Shown: positions 33,558 through 42,660 of the stretch, piece after piece
Numbering within the stretch: position 1 is the first letter of the stretch
Layout: the number at the start of each line of letters is the position of its first letter
Source: Anaerolineae bacterium
GTDB taxonomy: Bacteria > Chloroflexota > Anaerolineae > Epilineales > Epilineaceae
Reading direction: 5' to 3'
Assembly (NCBI GenBank): GCA_044228875.1
Contig: JBGAUA010000002.1
Span: 5,397-69,396 of the forward strand
Length of the DNA: 64,000 nucleotides
The notes under the pieces: generated by a model
The model's input: the letters and a program-made list of their open reading frames with translations, nothing else
What the model was told of the DNA's origin: nothing
The model's database searches: none
Position numbers and translations under genes: made by a program

Positions 33558-34444
33558 CGGATCACATCCAGGGCCTTCACCCGGATCCTCAGCGCCAGGA
33601 GGCTCAGCGCGATCCACAGGCCCAGCGCCGCCAGGGCCCACGGGGCCGGCAGGCTGGGGGCGCCGCCCCGCATGGACACGCCGACCGGCGACAGGTTTCC
33701 CTCCATCAGGCTGAAGCGCAGATCGCGCACCAGGAGCATCGGCGCCAGGACCAGACCCCACGGTCGCTCAGTGATGAGGAAGACCGCCATGGCGAAGGCA
33801 GAAGGTACGCTGACCAGACCCAGGATGAAGAGCCTGGCCACGGGGGTCCAGCGCACCCAGGCGCTGATCGCCAGGGACAGGCTGGTCAGGAGCAGGATCC
33901 AGGCCAGCGAACTGACCATGATGGACAGGAGGATGTCGAGGCTGGCCCCTGCCCAGACCCAGCCGTCAAGTGAGGCCTGAAAGAGCCATACCAGGAGCAC
34001 CGGCAGCCAGGTGACCGCTGACAGCAAGGTCATGAGCGCGGCGGCCTTGCCGAAGAGGTAGGACCCGCGCGAGAGCGGGCGGCTGAAATACAGGGGCAGC
34101 GCTGCGCCCGACAGGTCGCGGGTGATCAGCCCGGGTCCGACCACCAGGGCCATCCACAAGGCCAGCCAATGCTGCGGCCAGAGCAGGAAGTAGAAGAAGG
34201 TCCCGTCGATGGGCATCAGGTCGCCGATGGGCAGGTTGAGCACCTCCAGCGCCTGGGCGTTGTGGCGAAGGTAGACCACCAGCAGCCCCAGGACAGGGAC
34301 GAAGGCCGCGCCTACCAGCGACGCCAGAAACAGGCGGGAGCGGCTGAAGTCCTCCCAAGCGAAGCGGCTGATGACCCAGGCGCGGCTACCGAGCGGGCGC
34401 CGAGGGCCCAGATAGGGATCGTAGCGGCGTTCGTAGACCGCCAT
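33554..34444 (-). CDS. ABC-2 type transporter permease (first pair)
   Basis: 296 aa and polytopic. The ATG overlaps the upstream ATPase stop (TGATG). Confidence 0.7.
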   Translation of the reverse strand: MAVYERRYDPYLGPRRPLGSRAWVISRFAWEDFSRSRLFLASLVGAAFVPVLGLLVVYLRHNAQALEVLNLPIGDLMPIDGTFFYFLLWPQHWLALWMALVVGPGLITRDLSGAALPLYFSRPLSRGSYLFGKAAALMTLLSAVTWLPVLLVWLFQASLDGWVWAGASLDILLSIMVSSLAWILLLTSLSLAISAWVRWTPVARLFILGLVSVPSAFAMAVFLITERPWGLVLAPMLLVRDLRFSLMEGNLSPVGVSMRGGAPSLPAPWALAALGLWIALSLLALRIRVKALDVIR

Positions 34445-35451
34445 CAGCCGGCCATCCCATCGCTCACGCCGGCCCCGGCGTCGAGATCGGATTCCATGGC
34501 GCGCAGGAAGATGTCCTCCAGCGAATCGTGGCGATAGCTGAGGCGTTGGATCCGCGCCCCCTCCTCGGCGGCCAGCGCGTAGAGTTCGCGCACACCGATG
34601 CGATCTGGGATCACCAGTTTGAGGCGGTTGCCCTGGCGATCGATGTCGATGCCCCAGCGGCCCAGCGCTGCGCTGAAGGCGTCCACCGCGCCGACGGCGT
34701 CCAAGTCCAGGAAGCTGCGGTCGTCACGGCGTTCGGCGGCCAGGTCGCAGACTGCGGCGACGCGGCCGTCGCGGAGGATCAGCACCTCGTCGCAGCATTG
34801 CTCGACGTCGCGCAGCAGGTGGCTGGACAGGACGACCTGGGCCGCGCCGCTGTCGCGGATCTCGCGGATGAGGTCCAGCATCCGGGATCGCGCCCGGGGG
34901 TCCAGCCCGTTGGTGGGTTCATCCAGGAAGATCAGCCGCGGGCTGTGGACCAGGGCTTGGGCCAGCTTGGCGGTCTGCTTCATCCCCAGGCTGAAGGTCT
35001 GCACCTCGCGGTAGCGCGCCTCGCCGAGCCCCACGTAGTACAGCGTCGCGTGCGCCCGCTCGATCGCCACCGCCCGCGGCAGGCCGCTGAGCTCGCCCAT
35101 GTAGCGCACGAAGCGCACCGCGCTCATCCCTGGAATGAACGCCTCGTTCTCCGGCATGTAGCCGATGCGGTCGCGAAGATCCGGGCCTGCGCGGCGGATG
35201 TCTTCGCCCAGCAAGCGGGCCGTGCCCGAAGTTGGGCGATGGAAGCCCAGAAGGGTCTGGATGAGGGTGCTCTTGCCGGCGCCGTTGGGTCCCAGGAGGC
35301 CGATGGCCCGCCCGCGCAACGTGGCCGTCAAGGCGTGCAGGATGGGTCGGCCGCCCAGTCGCACCGACAGCCCGTCCAACACGATCGCGGAAGGATCGGG
35401 GACAGTGGTGGCAGCGAGTGCGGAAGCGGCCGGCGACGCGGAGCTGATCAT
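34444..35451 (-). CDS. ABC transporter ATP-binding protein (first pair)
   Basis: [12 protein letters not shown] (Walker A), [15 protein letters not shown] (signature) and [12 protein letters not shown] (Walker B). Confidence 0.9.
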   Translation of the reverse strand: MISSASPAASALAATTVPDPSAIVLDGLSVRLGGRPILHALTATLRGRAIGLLGPNGAGKSTLIQTLLGFHRPTSGTARLLGEDIRRAGPDLRDRIGYMPENEAFIPGMSAVRFVRYMGELSGLPRAVAIERAHATLYYVGLGEARYREVQTFSLGMKQTAKLAQALVHSPRLIFLDEPTNGLDPRARSRMLDLIREIRDSGAAQVVLSSHLLRDVEQCCDEVLILRDGRVAAVCDLAAERRDDRSFLDLDAVGAVDAFSAALGRWGIDIDRQGNRLKLVIPDRIGVRELYALAAEEGARIQRLSYRHDSLEDIFLRAMESDLDAGAGVSDGMAG

Positions 35452-35483
35452 GGGGCGCCTTTCGAGAGCGGTTCCGGGGACCG

Positions 35484-35521
35484 CCAGGGCCGCGGTGACG
35501 AAGACGTCACCGCGGCCCTGG
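35484..35521 (-). other. 17-bp perfect hairpin between the anti-sigma gene and the ABC genes
   Basis: CCAGGGCCGCGGTGACG-AAGA-CGTCACCGCGGCCCTGG. It sits in the 84-nt gap and has no following U-tract on the coding (minus) strand. Confidence 0.6.
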
Positions 35522-35535
35522 GGGATCCTCGTCGT

Positions 35536-37872
35536 TCAGTTTGCGTCGGGGACCGGGGCGCGCGGGTCCTTGCCCAGAAGCAGCCCGCTCCCGGTCAAGA
35601 GGCTGCCGAGCCCCGCTCCGGTGGCCTGACCGCGCAAGGTCAGCCGGTCGGTGCCGGCATTGACCAGCAGGAGCCCGGGCGGAATGTCCTCGGCGGAGAG
35701 CGCCCCCAGACTCCCGGCATCAGCGGCCGTGCCGCCCGGCGCGGCCGCCTGCTCCTGGAGCGCCTGCGCCAGGGGGCGCGCCACCTCGCCCAGGTTCTGG
35801 TACAAGAGCGCCGAGACCTTGAGCCCGCCGGCGCTGACGTCGGCCGGAAGCAGCTTCCGGAACGCGCCGGACGCGCGCAGGTTCACCCCGCTGGCGCGGT
35901 TGCGCAGAGCGCGATCCAGGATGCCGGTCTCGCTGGCGGCGATGAAGTAGCCGTCATCGATCAGGTAGTGGAAGGACAGCGGCAAGGCAGGCGCGGCGGC
36001 CGGCGACGCTCCGTCCCGCGGCGCGGCGGCCCGCTCGATGCGAACGCTGGATGTCAGGCGTCCACCGACGCTGCCGGATTCGCGTGACAGGCCTGTCCCC
36101 TCCTCGGCCCGCGCTTGGGTGTCCAGGCAGTCCAGCAACTGGTCGAGCCCTTGCTGGAAGGCCGCGCCGTCCCGCAGCTTCATCGCCAGCGTCCATGCCG
36201 GGCGGGGCAGGACGGGGCCGTCCAGGGCGAAGGCGAACTCGCCGTCGGCCGCGGCGGCCATGGCCCGCAGGCTGTCCGTTGGCGAGGGGCTGCAGCGCTT
36301 CACCGCCGCATCCGTCGCCGCGTCGCCGTGGACTTCGTCCTTAATGTTCAGGAGCTGACCCAGGATCTCCGCCGGCCGATCGGTGACGCCGGCGGCGGCC
36401 AGGTGGGCCTCCGGCGAGAAGAAGTCCAGGGCGCTCAGATCGGCCGGCTCGGCCAGCCAGGCGCTCAAGCCCTGGCGGGTCTCCGCGAAGGTCAACTCGG
36501 CACGCAGATCGACCGTGCCGCTCACCGAACGCTCGGTCACGATCAGGTGCCGGGCAGACGCGATGCCCAGAGCCAGGTGCAGGGAGGCATCGTCCGTGGG
36601 GGCCTCGACCGATGTCCGGGCGGCCATGATGCGCTCCAGATCGACGCCGATCACGGTGTTGACCCCGGCGGCATAGGCCCGGCCGAGTTCCTGCTGCAGC
36701 GCGGTTCCGGCGAAGCGCGGGCTACCGGCCGGATCGACCAGCGACGCGATTGCCTGCGCGGATGGTGACAGGACCACCCGTCCGTCGGCGATCCACACCA
36801 GGCCGGCCCGGTCAGGGTCGGTAATGGCCGTCCCGCTCGCGGCCGCCGAATCAGCGGCCTGACCTTCCGGCGACGTCTCCGGCGCGGCGGCGATCTCCTC
36901 GGCGACGGCCTGGGTCAGCGCCTGCCGATCGGTCAAGGTCCGCAGCGGCGGCAAGAGATCGCCGTCCTTGGTCGCCGCCTCCGCCAGGGTCCGCCGCAGG
37001 CCCTCGGGATCCTTGGCCTCGGCCAGGACCAGTGGGGCGCCGAACGCGCCGTTCGCATCCAGGCTAAGCGCCAGCACGATCTCGTCGCCCAAGTAGCCGC
37101 CCATCTGGGCGATCGCGGCCATGACCCGGTCCATCTCCGCCTGCGAGCGGCCCTGACCCAGGTTCTGCTCCCACCACTGCTTGAGGACGGGGCTCTCCTG
37201 GATCCGCTGCTTCAGCAAGGCGTCGGCCTGGGTCATGGTCCCGCTGAGGTTGGGCAAGGCCACGAACAGTGCCGTGTCGGCGGGCAATGCGGCGGCCAGG
37301 ACACTGTCCCGGCGCGGCTCGGGATGCGGCAGCGCGTTGAGGTCGTTGCGCAGGCGGGCCAGTTCGCCGACCAGCTGCCGCTGCCAGCTCTGGACCTGGG
37401 CCAGCACCCGGCTGGGGGTGAGGGTTCCCGTGGCCCAGCCGGTGAGGCCGAGGACCAGCAGGAAGCCAGCCGCCAGGGCCCAGGAGCGTCGCGACGGCAA
37501 CCAGCCGCGCCGGTCCAGGGAGAGCAATCGCGGCTGGCTCAGGGCCGCGGCAGGACGCTGTCCGCGGGCGGCGCGGAGCACGGCCTGGCATTCGACGCAG
37601 CCCTGCATGTGATCATCGAAGAGCCGCTTCCTGGCGGGAGGCAGGGCACCGGCCAGGGCCGGACCCATCAGCTCGCGATAATCCGCGCAGCTGGAAAGGC
37701 TCAGTGATGGCTCCGCGGACGCAAGGCCGGCGTTGATTCCCTGCCAGGCGCGCCCGCGGGCCGCAGCGAAGGCGACCGGATCCGGCGTGTTGTCACGGAG
37801 CATGGCGAAGGCTTGATCCAGACGCGCCTCAGTCTCGTCGGCGGCGCCATTGGGCGGGTTGTTGACGGTCAT
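35536..37872 (-). CDS. anti-sigma factor (zf-HC2 type) with single TM and about 600-aa extracytoplasmic domain
   Basis: The ATG overlaps the sigma gene stop (ATGA). Zinc-finger-like motif HMQGCVECQ, TM WALAAGFLLVLGLTGWA, and a large Ala/Leu-rich C-terminal domain of unknown function. Confidence 0.75.
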   Translation of the reverse strand: MTVNNPPNGAADETEARLDQAFAMLRDNTPDPVAFAAARGRAWQGINAGLASAEPSLSLSSCADYRELMGPALAGALPPARKRLFDDHMQGCVECQAVLRAARGQRPAAALSQPRLLSLDRRGWLPSRRSWALAAGFLLVLGLTGWATGTLTPSRVLAQVQSWQRQLVGELARLRNDLNALPHPEPRRDSVLAAALPADTALFVALPNLSGTMTQADALLKQRIQESPVLKQWWEQNLGQGRSQAEMDRVMAAIAQMGGYLGDEIVLALSLDANGAFGAPLVLAEAKDPEGLRRTLAEAATKDGDLLPPLRTLTDRQALTQAVAEEIAAAPETSPEGQAADSAAASGTAITDPDRAGLVWIADGRVVLSPSAQAIASLVDPAGSPRFAGTALQQELGRAYAAGVNTVIGVDLERIMAARTSVEAPTDDASLHLALGIASARHLIVTERSVSGTVDLRAELTFAETRQGLSAWLAEPADLSALDFFSPEAHLAAAGVTDRPAEILGQLLNIKDEVHGDAATDAAVKRCSPSPTDSLRAMAAAADGEFAFALDGPVLPRPAWTLAMKLRDGAAFQQGLDQLLDCLDTQARAEEGTGLSRESGSVGGRLTSSVRIERAAAPRDGASPAAAPALPLSFHYLIDDGYFIAASETGILDRALRNRASGVNLRASGAFRKLLPADVSAGGLKVSALLYQNLGEVARPLAQALQEQAAAPGGTAADAGSLGALSAEDIPPGLLLVNAGTDRLTLRGQATGAGLGSLLTGSGLLLGKDPRAPVPDAN

Positions 37873-38420
37873 GATCGGTCTCCCTTGGGGCTCATGCGCT
37901 CGCGCAGGGTCTGGCGGGCGCGGTACAGGGTTACGGCGACGGTGTTCTCAGAACTGCCGATGCGCGCGGCGACTTCCTGGTTGCTCAGCTCTTCCAGGTA
38001 ACGCAAGGCCACCATCTCCGCCGCGCGCGGGTTCAGTCCGGCCAGACCGGCTCGCAGCCAGTCGGCCAGATCCTCATCGTGGAGCGAAGCGTCTGCCGTT
38101 GCACCGCCGGAACCCTGCGGCTCGGCCAGGGACTCGGCCGGCCGCCGGGCACGTGCGCGAAGCAGGTCCAACGCTGCGTTGACCGCAGCGCGATGCAGGT
38201 AGGGACCGACATCCTGGTCGGCCAGACCGGCCAGGTTGTCCGGGCGCTGCAACAGGCGCATGAAGACACTCTGCAGCACATCCTCAGCGTCTTCGAGGCT
38301 GCCCGTCACCCGAAGGGCGGCGCTCAGCATCCGGTCCGCATGAACTTGGAACAGGTCAGCGATGGCCGCCGAGAGCAGGCTCGGTTCGGCGAGGCGGGTG
38401 GTCGAGGGCAGTACGCTCAT
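37869..38420 (-). CDS. ECF-type RNA polymerase sigma factor
   Basis: Region 2 (DAEDVLQSVFMRLL) and region 4 HTH (LSNQEVAARIGSSENTVAVTLYRARQTLRE). The start is taken at ATG 38420; the ORF track extends to 38480. Confidence 0.85.
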   Translation of the reverse strand: MSVLPSTTRLAEPSLLSAAIADLFQVHADRMLSAALRVTGSLEDAEDVLQSVFMRLLQRPDNLAGLADQDVGPYLHRAAVNAALDLLRARARRPAESLAEPQGSGGATADASLHDEDLADWLRAGLAGLNPRAAEMVALRYLEELSNQEVAARIGSSENTVAVTLYRARQTLRERMSPKGDRS

Positions 38421-38570
38421 GCTGCGTCTAGCGTACATCGCCAGGCTGGCTGACTGCAACAGTACCTCCTGAGCGACCACGCCGCCTGCCGGCGAATCCG
38501 ATAGGCTCTCTGGTATCGCGGTCGATCATCATAACCAACGCCCTTTCCGCCGGTCGCATTAACAAGCGGG

Positions 38571-38576
38571 TATAAT
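38571..38576 (+). promoter_or_regulatory. -10 hexamer TATAAT giving a leaderless (or 1-nt leader) mRNA
   Basis: Perfect TATAAT sits 7 nt upstream of ATG 38584 with no Shine-Dalgarno sequence. Confidence 0.5.
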
Positions 38577-38583
38577 CCCGGTC

Positions 38584-39582
38584 ATGTCGACAACCCTGGA
38601 CGGAGAGCGCCTGTATCTGGGAACCCAGGCCGGGCTGCTCGTCCTGGATCTGGGCCCGGAGGGCTGGCAGCGCGGCGAGGTGCTCTGGCGCGACCGGCGT
38701 GTGCTGGCCCTGGCCGTTGACCCCTTCCTGCCGGAACGCCTCCATGCCGTGGTCGAGAACGACGGCTTGTATCGCTCCGAGGACGGCGGGCGCAGTTGGG
38801 AGCGCTATCGCACGGGCGACTTCCAGGTGTTGGCGCTCAGCCCTGATCGACCAGAGGTCGTCTACGCCGGCAGCGAGCCCCCCGAGGTCTATCGTTCCAT
38901 CGATTCGGGGGGCTTGTGGACGGCCATGCGGCTGACCGGTCATCGCGAACGACCCGCTGGCGATGCCTGCACGCCCTGGCGGGTGCGGGCCCTGGTCTTC
39001 GATCCGGCCCGCCGCTCCAGTCTCTACGTGGGTGTCGAGGGTGGCGGGCTCATTCGGACCCACGACGGCGGCCGGGAGTGGATCGAGTTGACCGCTCGCG
39101 GGCTCCCCATCGAGATCAAGAGCCTGCTGCCCACGCCCGAGCCGAAGGAGGCCTTGTTCGCCGGGACGGCCAAGGGCCTTTACTGTTCCTTGGATGAGGG
39201 CTTCAGCTGGGCAGCCGATGGGATCGGGATGGCCGAGCCGGAAGTGCTGGCCCTGGCCCATACAGGCGAAGGGCTGCTGGCAGCCGCGCATCCGCGCGGC
39301 GCCGACGACCAGGCCTGGGGAACCCTGCCCGCCAGACTCTATCGCCGTCCGTTCGGCTCGGCGCGTTGGTGGCAGGTATCGGAACCACTGGACGGGGCCG
39401 TACACGGATTCACCACCCATTCCGATGGACGGCGGGTCTACGCCGGAACGACCGGCGGTACCATCTGGGCCAGCCGCGACGCGGGGCTTACCTGGCGGAC
39501 CATCGCGCGCGGGTTGCCGCCTATCCACGGCCTGGCGCTGGATACCAGGGCGACGGCTCGATCCGGTGGTGACGCGGTCTGA
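38584..39582 (+). CDS. BNR/Asp-box repeat beta-propeller protein without signal peptide
   Basis: Boxes SEDGGRSW, SIDSGGLW, THDGGREW, SLDEGFSW and SRDAGLTW. 332 aa. Confidence 0.75.
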   Translation: MSTTLDGERLYLGTQAGLLVLDLGPEGWQRGEVLWRDRRVLALAVDPFLPERLHAVVENDGLYRSEDGGRSWERYRTGDFQVLALSPDRPEVVYAGSEPPEVYRSIDSGGLWTAMRLTGHRERPAGDACTPWRVRALVFDPARRSSLYVGVEGGGLIRTHDGGREWIELTARGLPIEIKSLLPTPEPKEALFAGTAKGLYCSLDEGFSWAADGIGMAEPEVLALAHTGEGLLAAAHPRGADDQAWGTLPARLYRRPFGSARWWQVSEPLDGAVHGFTTHSDGRRVYAGTTGGTIWASRDAGLTWRTIARGLPPIHGLALDTRATARSGGDAV

Positions 39583-39596
39583 GCGGATGGCGCGGC

Positions 39597-39989
39597 TCAG
39601 GCCAGCAGGTCCTCCGCGTCCACACTGTACACCTGCTGCGGCAGCGGCAGGTACTCAGGGAACTTCTGCAGGATGTGCTGCGGCGTCGAGAAGGTGACCC
39701 AGTCGAACCCGCCCAGGTAGACGGTGAAGCCGCTCTGGGTGATGTCTCCCGACACGATTTCATCGGAGCCGAAGAGCCGGACCTTGATCTTGCGGCGCTC
39801 GATCTCGACGATCTCAGCCATCGGCAGTCCGCGGGAGATGCGCTGCGCGCTGTCTGCGCGGTCCTCGGTCAAGGCTTGCGGCGGGATATGCGGCCACTTG
39901 AAGAACACGTGCTTCTCCTCGGGTCCAGGCACCAGGACGGAGCGCGCTCGCGCGGCCGCGCCTCCGTGTCGCCAAGCATGACGTGCCAA
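39597..39989 (-). CDS. small hypothetical protein downstream of fabH (start uncertain: TTG 39989, internal GTG, or ATG 39821)
   Basis: High GC3 through ...KHVFFKWPHIPPQALTEDRADSAQRISRGLPMAEIVEIERRKIKVRLFGSDEIVSGDITQSGFTVYLGGFDWVTF... I recognise no motif. Confidence 0.55.
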   Translation of the reverse strand: MARHAWRHGGAAARARSVLVPGPEEKHVFFKWPHIPPQALTEDRADSAQRISRGLPMAEIVEIERRKIKVRLFGSDEIVSGDITQSGFTVYLGGFDWVTFSTPQHILQKFPEYLPLPQQVYSVDAEDLLA

Positions 39990-40057
39990 AGCGAACCCTA
40001 ATCATAGACAGGCATCTCCGGCTTGCCAAAGAAGCGGCGCCTGTCCGTTGGCTTCGG

Positions 40058-41233
40058 CTAGGTCTGGCCCGGCCCCAGACCGCGCCAGGGACCATCGTCG
40101 TCGCTCTTGCGCCGGCCTCGTCCGGCCACGGCGAGCTTGCGGTCCAGGGCGTGCAGACCGCGCTTGACGCGGGCCAGGCGGTCGCGTGTCCAGCGCAGAG
40201 CCCGCTGCGAGGGTGACCAATGCCGGTCATGCGGGCCGAAGCTCCACTCCACGAGGCAGGCGCCCCAGGTCAACCCGCCCCCGAACCCCACGAAGACGAT
40301 GTGGTCGCCGGCCCGGATGCGCCCCTCGGCGAGGGCGTCCACCAGAGCCAGGGGGATGCTCGCCGCCGAGGTATTGCCGAAGCGGTGGACGTTGGAGTAG
40401 ATGCGACCCGGGGCGAAGCCCAATTGCTTGGCCGCCACCTCCAGGATACGCGTGTTGGCCTGGTGCGGGACGATCAGGTCGATGTCGGAGAGCTGAAGGC
40501 CGGCCATCTCGGTGACCTCCTTCGTCGCTTCGCTCATGATCCGCGTGGCGAAGCGGAAGACCTGCTGCCCGTTCATCGTCATCGACGTCCCGCCGCGCGC
40601 CACCGTGTCCTGGGTGATGGGCAGCCGCGTGCCCAGACCCACCATCAGGAGGTCGCCGCCGGAGCCGTCCGAGCCCAGCTTGCTCGAGAGGACCCCGCCG
40701 GGCCGGTCGGAGGCCTCGAGCACCACCGCGCCGGCTCCGTCGCCGAAAAGGACGCAGGTGGAGCGGTCGCTCCAGTTCATCACCCTGGACATCGATTCCG
40801 CCCCGATGACCAGGATCCGCTCGTATAGGCCGCCCTTGATCAGGCCCGCCGCCACGCTGACCGCGTAGACGAAACCGGAGCAGGCGGTGTTCAGGTCGAA
40901 GGCGGCCGCCTTGCTCGCACCCAGGCCGTCCTGGATGAGGCTCGCCGTGTTGGGCATCAGGTAGTCCGGCGTGGACGTGGCGCAGATCACCAGGTCCAGC
41001 ATCGACGGGTCCAGGTTGGCCGTTTTCAGTGCACGACGCCCCGCGTGGATGGCCATCGTGGAGGTGAATTCCCCCTCCTCGGCGATGCGCCGTTCCACAA
41101 TGCCGGTCCGCTCCCGGATCCAAGCATCAGACGTGGGCAGGATCTGCGACAGATCCTGGTTGGTCACCGCCCGCGCCGGGACATGGGCGCCCCAGCCGGT
41201 GATATGGGCGTAGCGGCCGCCGGATTCGGACAT
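40058..41233 (-). CDS. fabH: beta-ketoacyl-ACP synthase III (FabH-like) with about 60-aa basic C-terminal extension
   Basis: Catalytic triad contexts NTACSGFVYA (Cys), VPHQANTRI (His) and FGNTSAASIP (Asn). The extension is ...HDRHWSPSQRALRWTRDRLARVKRGLHALDRKLAVAGRGRRKSDDD... Confidence 0.85.
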   Translation of the reverse strand: MSESGGRYAHITGWGAHVPARAVTNQDLSQILPTSDAWIRERTGIVERRIAEEGEFTSTMAIHAGRRALKTANLDPSMLDLVICATSTPDYLMPNTASLIQDGLGASKAAAFDLNTACSGFVYAVSVAAGLIKGGLYERILVIGAESMSRVMNWSDRSTCVLFGDGAGAVVLEASDRPGGVLSSKLGSDGSGGDLLMVGLGTRLPITQDTVARGGTSMTMNGQQVFRFATRIMSEATKEVTEMAGLQLSDIDLIVPHQANTRILEVAAKQLGFAPGRIYSNVHRFGNTSAASIPLALVDALAEGRIRAGDHIVFVGFGGGLTWGACLVEWSFGPHDRHWSPSQRALRWTRDRLARVKRGLHALDRKLAVAGRGRRKSDDDGPWRGLGPGQT

Positions 41234-41238
41234 GTCGG

Positions 41239-42513
41239 CTACAGGTCTCGTCGTAGCAGCAGCGCGGCGTTGTGCCCGCCAAAGCCCATTGAGTTGGACA
41301 GCGCCACGCGGACCCCCCCGGCCGGCCGGCGGGCCACGAGCGGCACGTAGTCCAGGTCGCAGTCAGGATCAGGCGTGATCAGGTTGATGGTGGGCAGGAT
41401 GATGCCTTCCTGCAGCGACAGGCAGCAGACGGCGGCCTCGACAGCGCCGCCGGCGCCCAGAAGGTGCCCGATCATGCTCTTGATCGAGCTCATGGGCACG
41501 TCACCGGCGCGCCCGCCCATGAGTTGCTTCATCGCCCGGGTCTCCACCGCGTCGTTGAGCGGCGTGGACGTGCCGTGGGCGTTGATGTAGTCGATGTCCG
41601 CGACGGTCAGACCGGCCTGTTCCAAGGCCGCCTGGGCAGCCCGGATCATGCCCTCGCCGCTCTCCAGGGGTGCCGTGGCATGCCCCGCGTCGGCCGCGCA
41701 GCCATAACCCACCAACTCGGCGTAGATGCGCACCCCGCGAGCCTGGGCCTGCTCCAGGCGCTCCAGGACGAGCACGCCGGCGCCTTCGCCGATCACGAAG
41801 CCGTCGCGTTCCAGATCGAAGGGCCGGCTGGCCAGCTGCGGATCGCCCGACCACTTGGACAGGGCGCCCATGTTGCTGAAGCCGGCCACCGCCAAGGGCA
41901 CGATGCCGGCCTCCGAGCCGCCGGCGACCATGATGTCGGCCGCGCCTCGCCGGATGGCCTCCGCCGCCTCGCCGATAGCGTTGGCCCCCGAGGCGCAGGC
42001 GGAAAGGTGGGCCATGTTGGGTCCCTTCAGGCCATGCTGGATGGCCACCATGCCGGGGACGGAATCGGCCAGGAGCATCGGGATCGTGAAGGGGCTGACC
42101 CGGCGTGGGCCGCGCGCGTTCATGACGTCGTTCTGCTCCACCACGGTGCCGATGCCGCCGACGCCGCTACCGACGTAGACGCCGGCCCGCTCGGCGGGCG
42201 CCGCTCCCGTCAGCTTGCCGTCCTCGCCCAGGAGGCCGGCGTCCAACATGGCCTCGTGGGCCGCGACCACCGCCAATTGGGTGACCCGGTCCATGCGTCT
42301 CGCCTCGCGGGGGCTGATGATCGGGCTGGGGTCAAACCCCTTGACCTCGGCCGCCGTGGTGGCCTCGAAGCCCATGCCCACGGCATCGAAGTGGGTGATG
42401 GGAGCGAGTCCGGAGCGGCCGGCGACGAGCGCCTCCCAACTGGCACGGCGGTCCAGGCCAACCGGCGTCACCAGGCCCAGTCCGGTGACCACGACGCGTA
42501 CAGGGCTGTTCAT
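41239..42513 (-). CDS. fabF: beta-ketoacyl-ACP synthase II
   Basis: Active-site contexts LSACASGANAIGEA, INAHGTSTPLND and SIKSMIGHLLGAGG. 424 aa. Confidence 0.92.
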   Translation of the reverse strand: MNSPVRVVVTGLGLVTPVGLDRRASWEALVAGRSGLAPITHFDAVGMGFEATTAAEVKGFDPSPIISPREARRMDRVTQLAVVAAHEAMLDAGLLGEDGKLTGAAPAERAGVYVGSGVGGIGTVVEQNDVMNARGPRRVSPFTIPMLLADSVPGMVAIQHGLKGPNMAHLSACASGANAIGEAAEAIRRGAADIMVAGGSEAGIVPLAVAGFSNMGALSKWSGDPQLASRPFDLERDGFVIGEGAGVLVLERLEQAQARGVRIYAELVGYGCAADAGHATAPLESGEGMIRAAQAALEQAGLTVADIDYINAHGTSTPLNDAVETRAMKQLMGGRAGDVPMSSIKSMIGHLLGAGGAVEAAVCCLSLQEGIILPTINLITPDPDCDLDYVPLVARRPAGGVRVALSNSMGFGGHNAALLLRRDL

Positions 42514-42660
42514 GGAAGGTGCTGCGCCTCATGATGTGGGCTTCGGCGTAGGGCGCCGAAGGGGCTGATGGGCGGAAACGCGGATAGACGGATCAACAAG
42601 TATATCACTCGGAACGAGATGCGGCGGATCGGGTTGCGGGGCTGCGTGCGCCCAGCTGTG

